Assembly (NCBI GenBank): GCA_964016885.1
Contig: OZ024755.1
Span: 9,114,001-9,178,000, forward strand
Direction of reading: 5' to 3'
Source of the DNA: Eledone cirrhosa
Taxonomy: Eukaryota
DNA length: 64,000 nt
Below are positions 14,886-31,039 of this stretch, piece by piece. Both the position numbers and the translations under genes were made by a program. The notes beneath the pieces are model-generated. The model did not search any database. It had not been told where the DNA came from and worked only from the letters and a program-made list of their open reading frames with translations. The first letter of the stretch is position 1. Every line of letters begins with the position of its first letter.

Positions 14886-15683
14886 AGGAAAGGAAACAAA
14901 AAGAAATAATTTAAAATAACCACCAGCAATATAATAAATGACATAGAATATAAGGAGGGTTATGAATATCATTTGAAATAGAAAGTAGGTTTTCTTGACC
15001 AGGTTTTCTTAAACAATTAGACAGTTTATTAAAGATATATAAAAGTAATGATGACGAACGTCTTAGAACAGATGTAAACGCGCGTGGATAAGTAGACAGT
15101 GTTAGGCTCAGAACGATCGTTAGGTCGAGAGTTCGCTTCTAGGGATCGGATGACACGTCGTTGTGTCTTTGAGTAAGCCACTTTATTTCACATTCCCCCA
15201 GTCCACTCAATTGACAAAAATGAGTTAAACCTGTAATTCAAAGGGTTTTGTTTGTCGTGTAATGGGAAAACATCTATTCTGAAATTTTCAATGATTGAAT
15301 TGTTTATTAAAATACTTTTCGAAAGAAAATGTTTGTTCTAACAAATATAAGAATAGAACATGTAATATGTACGTATATGTTTTTGTTGTTGATATTACAA
15401 CATACACAAAGGGTGAGGAATGGCAGAATTTGTAGACCTTCGGGTATTAAATACTATTGTGGGATTTGTTCGGATTATATCAACCCCAGTACTTGATCAG
15501 TACTTTATTTTATTGATCCCCAAAAGATGAAAGGCAAATTTGACCTCGGCAGGATTTGCACTTCAAATCCTACCGAGGTCGAATTAGTCTTTCATCTTTT
15601 CAGGGTCAATAACATAAAGTACTTGTAAAGTACATTATTTTATTAGTGGTACTAGTGGTATTAGTGATATTGATATAATCGCA

Positions 15684-15850
15684 AACCTGTCAACTCTCCC
15701 CGTCTGATGGGGAGATCTCCCACCCACTTTGGAGTGGATTGGAGATGCCTTCTCTTGTGAAAATGGGTATAGCTTTCATTATGTAAAATCTCGCTATTTT
15801 GCCTCATTTCTCCCCGTTTGGGGGCACTTTTTTTCATGGTACTCCCCGTT
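15684..15850. mobile_element. Dispersed repeat (MITE-like) fragment, inverted relative to 10688
   Basis: Reverse-complement match to 10712-10808. Confidence 0.55.
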
Positions 15851-16437
15851 AAGTCTGTCTGTAATGGTATAAATATGTCTCTGTTACTTATATCAAAATA
15901 AAAATTATAACTTTTAGAACTGGTAAATAAATCTCAAAGAGCAAAGGTCATGTATCCCAACCGACTGTTTCAAGTCCACAGAATGTCCTTGTTTAGGCAT
16001 ATAGTAAAGGCTATCAATAAAATACACAACTTAAAATTGTAAGATTTAACGATCCTAGCAACTGGCAGGCTTAAACCCATATGAATTATTTGGAAAATAA
16101 ATATCACATCTAGTGCTTCCTCCTCACGTACGCAAGAGCTAAGCACTACGCATGGTTACTATTTTCGAGTGATTTATTTCCCGCTACACATATTATTTGA
16201 AAATATGAGTACCATAACATCAAATTCTCCTTCCCCCTAGATGTATTGCGTTGCTTCTACATATGAAATCAATTACTAGTAACCTTGAAGAGTGCCATTT
16301 AGAGTAAGTTTCCGACCATCTGTGTCTACCAACCAGTTTCGTTTCATACATTTCTTATGACGTTAGTGTATTTAAAACATACAAGAGCCACACACAATCT
16401 TAGCCGACTTATGAATCTGATATCATATGCTTATGAA

Positions 16438-16620
16438 AGAAACAAAATATTTTTAACCTTATGAGCGCAGCTTAGAACAAGGAAATTCTCGAGAAGCTCA
16501 GTGGGCGACACATTTTCGGTTCATATCTTTAAAAGAAACCAAATATTTTTAACCTTATGAACGCTTTTGAAAAAAGAAAGTTTTCGACAAGCTAAGTCTG
16601 TGATCCAGTTTCGGTTCACG
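16438..16620. repeat. ~96-bp imperfect tandem duplication
   Basis: GAAAC(A/C)AAATATTTTTAACCTTATGA(G/A)CGC...TTTCGGTTCA occurs twice. Confidence 0.7.
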
Positions 16621-17015
16621 CATATAGGAATTCCTTGTATGAACATCACACAATCTTATTTCTGTGTCATAAAAAAATCTGATGCCTCGTGTCAATGTAA
16701 ATCGTGAATTATTTGTAATCCCAAAGATCTAGAAAGTCACCTCTCTTTATTTGCAAACACTATCAAAGTTCAAAACGAAATTCATTCAAGCGAAAATCTG
16801 CAGCCCATCCCCCCACTCCTCCACCCCACCCTTTACCCAGGCATTTATGAAAATAACATATAAAAGACATCATAATGTATTAGAAAGATATTAGTCATTC
16901 CGTGAAACCTTAGTTGTTAGAGTGTAAAGGGTTGTAACTCTATCCAGCAAAGTATATTGTCTGACGTTCTACCGATAGTGCTAATCCACTAACTTATGTC
17001 GACATAGTTATAATA

Positions 17016-17069
17016 ATTGTTTCTACTTTTGGCACAAGGCCAGCAATTATCCAGTACATTACTGGTACT
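17016..17069 (-). mobile_element. 5'-truncated family A SINE with TSD
   Basis: Reverse complement of the SINE 3' end, between direct repeats ACATAGTTATAATAAT (17002-17017, 17072-17087). Confidence 0.8.
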
Positions 17070-18075
17070 GTACATAGTTATAATAATGGTTTCTGATTTA
17101 GGCGGCACAAGGCCAACAATTTTGGGGAAGAGTGAAGTCGATGAAAATCTACCCTAGTGTATTACTGGTACGTTATTTCATCGAACCAGTAGGATGAACG
17201 GCAAAACTAACATCAGTGGAATTTGAAATCAAAGCGTAAAGGACCATATGTTGCAAAGCACATTATCCGACGCTCTCGCGACACTACCAATCCACCTCCC
17301 TTGCCATAGTTATAATAATAATTTCAAAATGTATGCCAAGTAGTTCGATCGAACCTGAAACCAGGTGGTCGAGAACTGAACTTCTAAAAAACACAGCTAT
17401 GCTTGCAATGTATATAATTAAAGACTGTAAATATCGCCCAAGAAAACCGCGAAAACTGGTACATTTGAACAAAAATGCCTTGTGTGGTAATTGTTTTGCC
17501 CGAGTGCTGTTGATGCTCCTTTGTCACATTTGCCAGCCATAAATGCAGTGATCCAGAATATAAACCAAGATACACTAGATGGAAACATGTAACTAGTGAC
17601 GCTGACCTTCACAAAAGGCGATATATATTCAAAATCAAATAAATATAATATGGTTGCCTTCGTGTAATGTAATCTAGAGTTGGTCGGTGCGATTTTCGGG
17701 TTAATGGAGTGGGTGGGCTTTGTTTAGAGCAGGGAAGCATTCCAACTGAGATTATAGTAAGCGTTCAGTCTGTATATGTTTGAAGTATACTCCCAGATAC
17801 ATCGACACCATTTCTCCAATCTTCTATTGCTTTTATTGTTATTTTTTAAACCTTTTTATGCCTTTTTTGTTTTGTTTTGTTTTGTTTTGTTACTATGAGA
17901 GTTCGTAGAAGGACACTGTGGATGAGAGCAAATAAATAGAGTTGTGTATGCCATGTGTGAACACTTTATCTTATGAAGGAGAGAGAGTGAGTGAGTGAGC
18001 GAGTGTGAGTGTGAGAGAGAGAGAGAGTGAGTGTGTCTGTGTATGTGTGTGTCTGAGAGTGAGAGAGAAAGAGAG

Positions 18076-18124
<49 letters not shown>

Positions 18125-18259
18125 AAGGTGGGGGTAAATATATGGATCTGAGGGTGTGTGAGCGTGTGTGCGTGTGAGAGAGAGAGTGAGTGAGAGAGAG
18201 AGTGTGTGTGTGTGTCTGAGAGTGAGATAGATAGATAGATAGATAGAGGGAGGGAATGA

Positions 18260-18299
<40 letters not shown>

Positions 18300-18639
18300 G
18301 TGGGGTAAATATGTGGATCTGAGGCAAGAGGTAAAATGAAATGAAAATGTGTTGTGTGGCGGCGAAAGTTGTGGTGGGTGGTGGTTTCGTGTACGGAGGA
18401 GGGGCAAGCGAGCTGGAATGGCAACTGGAATTGTGGAGTGTTAAGAGATAGAAAGAATGAAAGGGGGAGAGGGGGAGAGGTTTGTTAACTCTAAGATGGA
18501 ATAATGGCACGTGTGGTTCTCCTCGGTGCTGGAGAGAAGTTTGGTTCAAGTATGTGTTGGGAACACATACTGACATATGTACATACTTACATGCATACGA
18601 CACACATACTCACACAGACTCGCACAATATGTTTACAAT

Positions 18640-18757
<118 letters not shown>

Positions 18758-18758
18758 G

Positions 18759-18798
<40 letters not shown>

Positions 18799-19171
18799 TA
18801 TATAAACATACTCACATTATATCTACATTATAATTACATTAACACTGTCGTGTAGGACAGTAAAAATAGGTAAAGATCCCCTAAAGTGTCTCTACTTGCT
18901 GCTCTTGAATATAAGTCCGATCTATGAACTTTGTTTCACAGTTCAACAGAACCCACACACCGCCTTTCATCTTATGAAATATAAAGAATGTAATGAGATG
19001 AGCAAAGCGGTGAATTGCTAGATCTGTTAGGGCACCGGATTAAAAATTCACAGTTATTTTTTCGGCTCTTAATGCTTCGAGATCAAATTACGCCGAGGTC
19101 AACTTTTGAGGTCGATAAATGTACTAGCAATCCAGTACCTGGTTTGATTCTTCCCCCATTACTATTTATCA

Positions 19172-19345
19172 TTCGGTAGAGGGTCGAACGCCATGCTTTG
19201 CAGCAAAGAGTTACGGCCCTTTCCATTCTGAGTTCAAATCCCGCCGAGGTTAACTTTGCCTTTCATCCTTACAGGGTCGATAAAATAAAGTACCAGTAAT
19301 ACACTGGGATAATTGCTGGCCTTGTGCTAAAAGTATAAACAATTA
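19172..19345 (+). mobile_element. Family A SINE
   Basis: Near-identical to the 12557, 42714 and 63712 copies. Confidence 0.85.
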
Positions 19346-22300
19346 TCTCTTTATTTCTCTCTCCTTGTCTCCCTCACTCTTTCTATCTTTCTGTCTGTCT
19401 CTCTGGAAATAATATCTACAAGAATCAGGGTGATACCACCGCCAGGTTTAAAACATCAAAGGCATGCTGTGTATGAGGAGGAAACTCCTACAGCTCCATC
19501 AGGTATCAAGAACCCTTTACCAAACTTCGATGAAAACGCATATGTAGGAATATGGCTTTTACTTCAGTCATAATGACAGCAATTTGGAGGGAAGGGTTTG
19601 GTTGATTAAATTGATTCTAGTACTTATTTTAATATTTAGGGTCCTATTTACATTGTCATAGCCTTTTAAACCACTGTCTTCTATACATTCTACAATACTT
19701 CCAACAAACTACATAACCCTCATATGAAAAGTTGTAAGCTTTACTAGTGAATATGAAAATCTAGACGAGATCCGTCACGTAGTAATGTTTAGTTGAAAGC
19801 TCACTTAGGTCAACGTTTCTTTTTATCTCTTCGGAGTTGATAAATTTAGATTAGGCTTTAGTAAATCGACTGAAACCTCCCACAAACTCTATGGCTTTGT
19901 ACTTATAGTGGAAATTATTATTAATAATTAAGTGTTTTAACAGAGATATCATTTTCCTCTTATACCACCCTCACATCCATATCGAGTTCCACTTGTATAG
20001 ATGATGGAATTGGTTGAAAATGTACACTAATGAGAGGGGTTTTCTCATGAACCAGATCCATTAAGATAAAGAAGTAACACTTGTTAATTATACAGTGAGC
20101 CAGCTACTTACAGAGTTTAACTGAACCTCAAACATGACACAATTGATTATATTATACGACTGAGAGTTAAGTGCCTTAGTAATGGATATTAGTCATGCTT
20201 ATGATGGAATAAGAATCTTTAATTCTTCTTTCTAGCTTCCATGATTAATTCCAGTAGATAAAATGGCTGGAAGTTTCATTACGTTCTCCTCTTGACCATT
20301 TAAAATTCATTTGGCTCCAAATTGGTTTTGTATCTGTCTCGAGATACATTATCCGATTCCTTTTCTCAAGAAGCTCATCATTCTGAAGTTTTCGCGACAA
20401 TCGACCAACTATCATATCGTACAATATCACAGTGAAGAGATGTAGTGGAGAGGTTAGAATGTTCGACTCATGATCGTCAGTTCGATTCACGACAGCTCGT
20501 TCTGTCCTTGAACAAGAGACTTTATCGTTTAAATGCACTCACCTTGTTTTACCTGAACTGTACCTGAAGTGTACTAGTGTACTAGCTTTCTCACATTGTA
20601 GGTCACGCTGAGTTAGTTTTCTAGCAAAATACGTTAACAGAATACGTGACTTTGGAATACCCAGGCTCTTTAGTTGTACGAACAATTGGAGCACTCACCG
20701 TTGGAATCAACGGAAATCCAACACAAAATAGTACCACAATGGGGAGGGGGCGGCTGCAAAAGTTATTTATTGCCCCCACATCCTCAAATTAATATGTATT
20801 TCGTTTATATTTCCTCCTCATTCTACAGTCAGCCTGTGCTTTTTTTTTTATCTACTTTCGTTTCTATTATTTTTACTCTCTCTGACCGTTCCCCCTCTCC
20901 TCACTCTCTACTTTTATACTTTTAGCATCTCTTCCACCACACACACACACTAAACCCGGTTTATATATCATTCAACACCAATTGACATTTCTTTTCTCTC
21001 CAGCGAAAGGTTCAGCCCGAAAAGTTAGACTTCTCTTATTATTTCTCTGTTTGAATTATTAGTAACAATAACAACAACAAAAAGAATAAATACATCGCGT
21101 ATATACACAAAATGGATGTTTTCCTTTGCTTTGTGGTATAATGTATAAACAGCTTGTCCAATTGAAGATATATTAGGGTTAATTGCTCTTAGCATCGTGT
21201 ACGGGGGCTTGCGTGTTTACGAGATAATGATTTAATGAGCTTGCACCGTATTCTCGTATTACACGGTTCTCTTCCCTTGCTGGAGTTTTATTCAATAGTC
21301 TGCTACATGTGCTGCTGCAACTGCTATTACCACCCCACCACCACCACCTTCAATAGAGTAGAATCAAATAACTTTGACTTTCTTGTACGGTCGATCAATG
21401 ACATTCACAGGCAACATAAATACATAATATTGTTGGACCTCCGTCGATTTCGACGATGGGTGTTCCAGGTGTTTGATCAACGGAGCAGCCTGCTCATGAA
21501 ATTAAAGTGTAAGTGGTTGAGCATTTTACAATCATGTGTATTTTTAATGTAATTCTCAGGGAGATTCAGCATTTCAAGGCTGGTCCCTTTGAATTGCAGC
21601 GAGCTTCTAAAAAGTTTACATCTACTCAATTTTATTTTATAGTAAAAGAATTCCATGAAGCTTCTAATTTTCTCATCAATTTCAAAAGCTGATTGTATTT
21701 TAATAATCTGTGTTTATTAAAACCAGTATATCTATTAACTATATGGAGCAAAGAGAATATGATTAATTCACTGAATGTGTTATACATTCACTGGTAACCT
21801 TAACACATGAAGTAATAACGTAAAAACACAAAGTTTCTATCTGTTACATCTATTAATTTATTTACATTTGATGCATATTACGTCAAATGGCGTTAGAGGT
21901 AGTAACGGATACTTTAACAGTTGTTTATATGTATCTATCTCTCTATTATATAGAAGCTGGTGTATATTTCGTGTAAAACTTGCTTCGTGCTGGAAATAGA
22001 TAGTAAGAGTCTCTGAGAGAAAGGGAGAGACAGTGGTGGTGGTTTTGGTGGTTTCAACGTCGAAATATGTTGTTATTTTTAATCTCACCTCTTTGTGGAA
22101 AGAGGATCGTGTGTGAGAGTGAGAGAAAGACCTGTAACAGGTTTTTGTGGAAAAGGAGATGGTCAGAGTGTACAGGTGCTCGCGAACGGAGTTGAATGCG
22201 CAAATGAAATTCATTTTTAAATCACGAGTGATTATGTTATTTGAGTGTTTATATAGATATACTTTTAGAATGTTACATTGATCCTTAGTACTTGGTAGTT

Positions 22301-25293
22301 GTTAAACTGTTGAATTTCCTCGGGTTCAGCCAATATGGAATAATTTCGAGACTAATTTATATCCATTAAACTTAATACAAAATGTTCCTAAGAATGAGCC
22401 AAATGATATGAATCTGTGACCCGGTTTTAATACCCGGTTATGACTATATCTTTTATAAGTGTACTAAATACCGCAGCTTACCTAAATCTCTCATACATCA
22501 TATTATTTTCGACAATATGACAATAATTTACTGCATTGTATCCTCGCTCAAATATTATGTAATATATCATAACAAACTCATTCACAGATTAATTGATTGA
22601 AAAATAACTCATTGCTTTTGAATTCATTTTGAATGGTAAGTTTATAAATGTTCCAAACCATACAAGTTATTGCCAGGAAATATCATTCGTTTGGGTTAAA
22701 GTATGTAAAGCGTGTATCTGTGTACAAAGTATTGTTAATATCGTTAAGGTGTACTGGTTTCTCAACACAAAAGTCGTGAACACGTAACGCGCTTGAAGCA
22801 TTTTAGCTTTGAATATTATATCGAAATATTTTGGCATAAGGGATTTAAAAAACATTATCGCTATCGGAAAGTATTTGTGTGATACCCTACTAGAATTACT
22901 ATAAACAATGCATAGATGATTCTTATTTTGTTTTTCTTGAAACAATTACCTCTGAATCAAGAACTTATTTGAAAAACTCTGTCGGTGTAATTAATGATAA
23001 TGTAAACGACATGAGAAACCCCAAAAACAATTAGAAGACGAAAGATGAAAAAGACGCACAAAATCCTCCCCAAAGTCTCTTAATTACAATTCCGTTGCTT
23101 AAATACAAGATGGTGGTGTCTACAAAAGACATTTGATATTGTTACGAAGCGGTGTACTTTGTGAATACAATGAAGCCCTTTCAACGAGTAAAGTGTCGAT
23201 GAATATAGCTAGCGTTTGTTTTTTAAGAACATACTTTAACAGGAATGAGTATATGACAGACGTGTTAACGGAAGCGCTCATAGAATTATAGAGAAAGAGG
23301 AAAAAACGAAAACATTAAAGTTAGCTAGAAATAAAGAGATTAAAAGAGGTAGGTTTCTAAGTATCAGAGACAAGTGGTGAGGTTATATATAATAATATAG
23401 TCGATTGAATACTAAGTAGTAAAGAGATTTTGTAAAGAGGCCGACAAAAAAAAGCTATCTTGCTGTGTGTATATATGTGTGAATGTGTGTGTATGTATAT
23501 AATACTCTTTTTATCTCATTAACAGCGGCATTTAGCTGCACGAGAACAAGACCTAAATTTGGCGCATTTTTCAAATGGGAATCGCTGCCATATAACACAA
23601 CATAAAAAATATTTTAAATATTAAGATGAAACAGATCTCACGCTGCTTTAATTTTCTTATTTACTTGTCTACCCTTTCATTTCACAACACACTCACATAC
23701 ACATACACACACACATATGCACACACATACATACACACATACACACACACACTTAATACATATTGTTCATGTTTAGTGTTGCCGTAAACCAATTGTGAGA
23801 TGGCGAATTGGCAGAGTCGTTTAGATCGTCGGATAATATGGGTTCCGTTACATTTTCCGGCTCCTTGCACCCAGATTTCAAATCCCACCGAGATCAACTT
23901 TACATTTTGATATTGATAAATAAAATTCCAGTCTAGTACTAGGGTTAATTATTCGCCCTCACTCTCTCTTTCTCTCTCTCGATATATATATATATATATA
24001 TATATACATTCTGTGAAACATGAAAACATTTGTGAAGTGTAACGTGATAGCAAATATCAAGTACGAAAATACAGCCTAAACATACAAACAAACAAGAAGG
24101 ATATTTACAGGGCCTTATAATGATATTACTAGAAAACGGTCATGTAACACTTTTTATTGAAAAAAATAATTTCCGATTGCCCTTCTTTAAGAATGATTTA
24201 TGCAGCTTTGTCATAAAATTCCGGTCAAAAGTTTACGGTTGACGTAGACAAATACAAAGTCTATATTACGTGGTATCTTGATCAAGTCTCATTTATCACA
24301 GCCTTGTGTCGAACCAAACTATGCTAGTGAAATCGAGTAAAGGGAATCTGTTTGGAAGACCGTTCAACCAATTGTTCCTGGATTTTAAAGGGCCAGCCTT
24401 GTCAAACATTCTGTCAAATTGAATTTCATTGAAAATTACGTTCAGAGTATTCGTGTCTTGGGAATACTCAGCCACTTGCACATTAATTTCACGAGAAGGT
24501 TGTTCGGTTGATTGGGCGAACATTTAGAAATATTCTTCGTTGAAACCGACGGAGGCCCATGTTATTTCGTAGTTAATTCACTAATTTTCTTAAAGTAACT
24601 TTTTGACCTATTGAATGTAATATAATTTTTCTGCTGACAACTCTAGTATAATATTGTTTTGGGGGTTAAATTCCAGCATTTTTGCTTTTGTTTTTTGATG
24701 GTATAATGACGTTTTTACAATGTCGGCGAAATTTCGAGTAAAATTTCATACAGAAATTCCAAAGAGTGCGGTTTCGAGTCAAAACAAACAAAAAATTCCA
24801 TTATTTAATGTGGATTTCAGAAATAAAAAAAAGAAAGCTCAGAACGTTTACAGTGATGCGTTCGGATTTATTGGGATCTGTAGAAATTTGACATTTTCTT
24901 CTGTTTTCTGAGAAGTAAACAATATGTGAGGCCACGAGACCCGCCCCGAAGTAATGTTAAGTATGTTAGCAATGTCAGTATATTGAGGGTTAAAAGAAAT
25001 ATACCATCACATACACAGAAACACATACAAATACACAAACATGTACATGGCCACTGATACATAGCGTTCACCTATGATTTTATTCTTTTATTCTTTTACT
25101 GGTTTCTGCCATTCCACTGCAGACATACTAGGGCACCAAATTAAATATATCAAGCATATCGAGTCTAGTAATTACTTTTTTTACAAGACTGGTATTTATT
25201 CTATCGATCTCTATTTGTCGAACCTCTAAGATATGGGATATAAACACAGATATATACACAAACGTAAACACCACACACACACCTATATATATA

Positions 25294-25368
<75 letters not shown>

Positions 25369-25530
25369 CTAGGGCGGGTAAAATTCCCGAGATCCATGGA
25401 CGAGTTCTCTCCAGCGGTCTCTGTCCCTCATTATCGCTGCCATGTCCTGCGTCTCCAACAGACCAGTGTCTGTCCTTAGGGCATCAACATACGTTAACCT
25501 TGGTCTTCCTCTTCCAGTGTGTCCATGTAG
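25369..25530 (-). mobile_element. RTE-like LINE 3' fragment
   Basis: Translates HGHTGRGRPRLTYVDALRTDTGL...[11 protein letters not shown], the GRP..(W/Y).D..DR..WR C-terminal motif of RTE-group ORFs; abuts (TA)n. Confidence 0.7.
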
Positions 25531-26214
25531 GCGCTCCCTATATATATACGACGGTATTCTGCAGTTTTCGTCAAATTCCACTCATCATTGGTCAAGATGA
25601 GACCACTGTAGAAAACACTGGTGAAGAATTTTTCCGTGGCAATGGTGTTTATTCGCGAAGCACAGGTGAGATATACCGAACAGCCAAGAGTTTAGAATCT
25701 GCGTTAATGAAAGTTCTTTTCGATGCAACAATAACTGCTTTAACAACAAAAGCAACGATATCAGCGACAACAACAATAGCAGGGTACAACAGCAAACACT
25801 ATAACAACAAAATCAGCAGCAACACAAAGAGCAACCGTAGTAACAACAGGAGCAACAACAGCGGCAGTAAGACAACAACCACAAAAGCAGCAACACAGAG
25901 ACCAAATGTAGTAACAACAGGAGCAACTACAGCAGACACAACAGCAACCACTGTAAGAATAGCAACCTCCTCAGCAGCAGTATGAGTTGCTGCAACCGGG
26001 TGGCGTCTTTGGTTCCGGTTGGGTGGTCCTATTGGAAGGGGCATACTTTATAAATAAGAATTCAGTCTGTTAGAGGAACGGTTGTGGCGATGGTAGTGAT
26101 GGAGAAGAATATATATGACAAGGCGGGTGGTCTCTAATCCTTCTCGCCAGATGGCACTGCACGTAAAAATCTTTCTCTCTATATATCCAAACGCCAGTTT
26201 TAGCGCCACCCATC

Positions 26215-26287
<73 letters not shown>

Positions 26288-26465
26288 CTATTGCCGTCAT
26301 CATTAAGTGATAGGGCTGCTCTAAGTTAATGTTGTTGATATAGTTGTTGTTATTGTTGTTACTGTTGTTACTACGCTCCCCTGCGTCATCAATGCCTCTC
26401 TCCTTCTCCTCCCCCTCCTGTTATTCTCTCCCCAGTTAATATACATATGCGTGTTTGTATGTGTG

Positions 26466-26565
<100 letters not shown>

Positions 26566-26610
26566 GTACACACACACATTTATATACATATGTATATATT
26601 CACACACACG

Positions 26611-26652
<42 letters not shown>

Positions 26653-29600
26653 CATACATACGTACATAAATGTGCGTGTTTATGTGTGTTTTCACATGTA
26701 TATAATATATAGAAACATACGTATGCACGCACACATGTATATACATGGTGGCTGTATACATATAACAGGGCCCCTAATATCTAAACACTGCACCCAACCA
26801 CCAGCAACCAAACTTAACCACCACCCAGTTTCTTACACCCAACAACCAATACCGCAGCACCCAGCCCTCCACTCTAAACATTAAGCAGCCAACACCCAAC
26901 CCTAAACAGACACCAAATTATTTGCTTATTTATTCGATCCCCGCCCATTTCACTGCTAACCTGGAATTTACTGATGCTCAAAATAATGGATGCTCTACAG
27001 CTTCATGAGAATGATGAAACTAGGTCGTCGTTGCCCTCTGTCAAAATATTTTGAAGTTTCTGACGAAATTAGGTCATCGTCATCCCCAATATAAATTATT
27101 TGCAGTAAGGAAGGAAAGAAGATCGGGGTTTGCCCCATATCTAAACTGAGGTGCCCCTTATGAATATCACTATCAGTTCTAACTTGTTTATGCATAGCTC
27201 ATTATAATGGCTTCTTGTATTCACATAAACCTTTAGCATTACTTCTAGGGGCAGATAAATATATTGTTGTGACATTTATGCATTCTCAAGGGCATTCATG
27301 ACGTATGTGTGGATACAGCTTGGCCGAACGGTTAAGTAGTTTGCTTTGCAACCATTAGATCTCAGGTTCGACCTCACTGCATGTCATCTCGAGAAAGTGT
27401 CATTTACCATTGCCTCGGATCGACCTATGCCTTGTCAGTGAAACTGGGTAGACGGAAAACTGTTTGGAAGGCCATTTGTAATTCAAATCGCCAACCATGT
27501 TGCACACGCTATATCATACCGAATCTTCCCGGGAATTGTATCAAGTGTACACGTGTCTGTGAAATACAAAGCGACTTACACGTTACTTTCACGACCGGGA
27601 TGTTCCATTGATCGAACAACTGAAACATTCATCGGCAAAAAAGTTCATTCCATGATGTATGAGAATTTAAACATTTTAAAACTGCAATAATATCCTGGTT
27701 GTCGATTTGGTTCACTGACAAATTATAGAGCCACAAGACAATTGCCTTGGGCCTCCTACAATGTGGGGGCCCCACCAGCGGCGGTCGTAACAATTTATTT
27801 GTGCCCACTGGACTTTTGAGTTTTAGGATGGTTAGAATTTTTGAATTTAATACCTGTATTAACTTGTATAACTTTTCAATTCCAATTACTTGCTCCAAGC
27901 TAACTTTGATATCTAAAATTGGGGCGTTTACTGTGTATTCTAATTTGTTTGTGTATGAGGGGCGCCCCCAAACATGAAATAACCCGGACCCATATATAGT
28001 GTGTTTACGTATAGTAAATATTCTTACAGTCTCATTTGTTTCTCTAATCATTTAAGTACTTAGATGTGTTATTACCTCAGTATAAATCTTGAGAAACTAC
28101 ACAGATCCAGAAAGAGCACAGCTAATTAGAAAATTACAAATACAAACCATTAAAAGACCTGCGAAAATATGCAAAACATTTCACATATATAGATAGAAAC
28201 ATATGTATAGGTGCACATTTAATTCAAAACATACAGATCCACTCATGCTATGATATCCAACACTGTGCACATACATACATGCAGACAGTCATACATAATT
28301 ACTTCGGTAATGTTGTTCAAATTCCAAAGAGTCTTGTTTCTCGGTTAGAAATCAACTTTCTATTAGTGAGAAATTTATCAAATTAAAACCAGAACAGACA
28401 TGCATACCTGTATACATGTATGAACACATACAAGCATAAATACATACATACGTGCGTAGAAACAAATATACAGACATACAAAAACATATACACACAGAGG
28501 TGTATACATACATGCATATATATATATAATGATAAGAATTTTGACAAATAAAACCAGAAGAATCTATACGAGTAGGTGCATATAATAATGGTAAAGAACC
28601 CCTTCGGTGATGAATTATCATCGGATTTGCACTTAGAAAGTTCCCCTCCGAGGAAAGAGCAAGAGCAAGATGTTTTTGTGGAAGACCAGCAGTCGCTCAT
28701 ACATAACAATCTCCTCTCTCGACGCCACTGATGTTTTCCAAGGGTAAGGGAAAGGCCGATAGAGTTTGGCACCAGTGACATCGTAACTCATTTCTACAGC
28801 TTAATTAACTGGAGCAACGTGAAATAAAATTTTTTGCTCAAGGACAAAACACACCGCCCGGTCCGGGAATTGAACTCACAACCTCGCTATTGTAAGCCCA
28901 ACGCTCTAACCACTAAGTCATACGTCTTCTAATGTACCTTGTTCGGCTTTAGTTGAACTAAACTAATTTGAATTAAGGATGAAGAATATCTTATTGCATT
29001 ATCAAGTATACGCAAGATACAGAACAAGTAAACTCGACTTTTTTTTCAGAATTTGAACAAATCGGTAGAACTAAATGACGTCGGACAGTCGTTGACTGAC
29101 AACCGTTCCTGCCAATCCACTATTTCATTAATCTATTTGTATGGGCCGATGAATTTCTGTGAGCATGTAGCCTTGCAAATGTGAGAGCATAGATGCATAT
29201 TCGATGGTAGTCAAAATTGTGATGGTGATGATATTCGTAATAGAGGTTTCAGGTGTGATGCAGGGTCCTTGTGTTTTAAACAGTAGTTCCGTGTCAGTGG
29301 GTGTGTGTGCTTGTGTATATATTGCGCCGTGTGTATCACCACCTATATGTTTATGGGTTATGTTGCTTTTTGTGTACGTATCATTGAAAGTGGTTGATTG
29401 GATATTCGTTCAGTGTCCTTTGCTGTCATCAATTCAGCGTCGATAAAGAAAGTACCAGCTCCATGATGATGTACTTCTGTCTCTGTACTCTGTCTATATA
29501 TATATATACATATATATATCTCTTCTCCTTACATCTGTCACATCGTGATTGTGCCATAGGTTCATGAAGGAGAAGAGTTGAGGTCGTATCTGTGTCTTCT

Positions 29601-30037
29601 CTTAACTGCATCGTAAGCTAAAGCCCTTATTAAAACCATGGTATATACTACCAACTCACTCTCGATCGCGAATGATGGCTGTATCATTGTATAGATATCA
29701 TTTCATTTATATAAGCTTGCAGGTATGTAATTATGTGTGCCACTCATTCCTATAGTCATATGTATGAGTTTACATGGTTGTCTGTGTGTGTATATGGGTT
29801 TATGTCTTTGGCTATGTATATGTATATATATATATCTGTGTGTGTGTTTGTGTGTGTGTGTGTTTATGTTTCTATATATACATGATATATATAAATATAA
29901 ATGTAGGTGAAGTGTAATATGGTTGTTTTATTATATGCACATGAATGTGTCTGTATATGTGCCTGTGTGCGATGTGTACATGAGAGGGGGGTTCTCCGAG
30001 TGTGTACATTTCTATATATACATGATATATACACACA

Positions 30038-30074
<37 letters not shown>

Positions 30075-30169
30075 ATACATATATATAAACCAAATATGAT
30101 ATATATATATATATATATATTATATACATGATATATATATATTTATTATGTAAATATAAATATAATATA

Positions 30170-30236
<67 letters not shown>

Positions 30237-30415
30237 TTGCTGTTTTATTATAACAAAGCTAAAATGTCTGGGAAATGTGTCTAGAAATATGATCTGTGAG
30301 GTTTGCAAAAGTGACATATGTAGTCTAGTCTCATTTACACTCACACACACACATACACACATGCATACACATACATACATACACACACACACACACACGC
30401 ACACACACACACACA

Positions 30416-30473
<58 letters not shown>

Positions 30474-30547
30474 CACACACACACAGACACACATATATAT
30501 ATATATACACGTATATATATATATATACGTATATATATATATGTGTG

Positions 30548-30655
<108 letters not shown>

Positions 30656-30924
30656 AATACTCTTAGCTTTACACACTTGTCAGGATATATGAACAACAAA
30701 ATGAATTACGCAGATACACACACACATGTATATATATATGTGTGTGTGTGTGTGTGTCTGTGTGTGTGTGAGTGTATGTATATTTATATATGTGTATATA
30801 TATATATAATTGTGTGTGCGTGTGTGTAAGCATAACATATTGTAATATATACATATACATATATATATATATACATATACATCAACATATGTGTATGTAT
30901 GCACATACATAAACACTACTCACC

Positions 30925-30963
<39 letters not shown>

Positions 30964-31003
30964 ATCATATATTATATGTATACATATCTGTGCGACAGAA
31001 TGG

Positions 31004-31039
<36 letters not shown>

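Noticed and set aside
14993-15035. Minus-strand GAAAACCTGGTC-AAGA hammerhead-like remnant
   Set aside because: No acceptable CUGANGA/UUGANAA box, and the register is inconsistent.
25233-25985. 250-aa ORF with a Thr/Asn-rich tail
   Set aside because: Composite of (TA)n, an antisense RTE fragment and degenerate (CAA)n; no splice or domain support.
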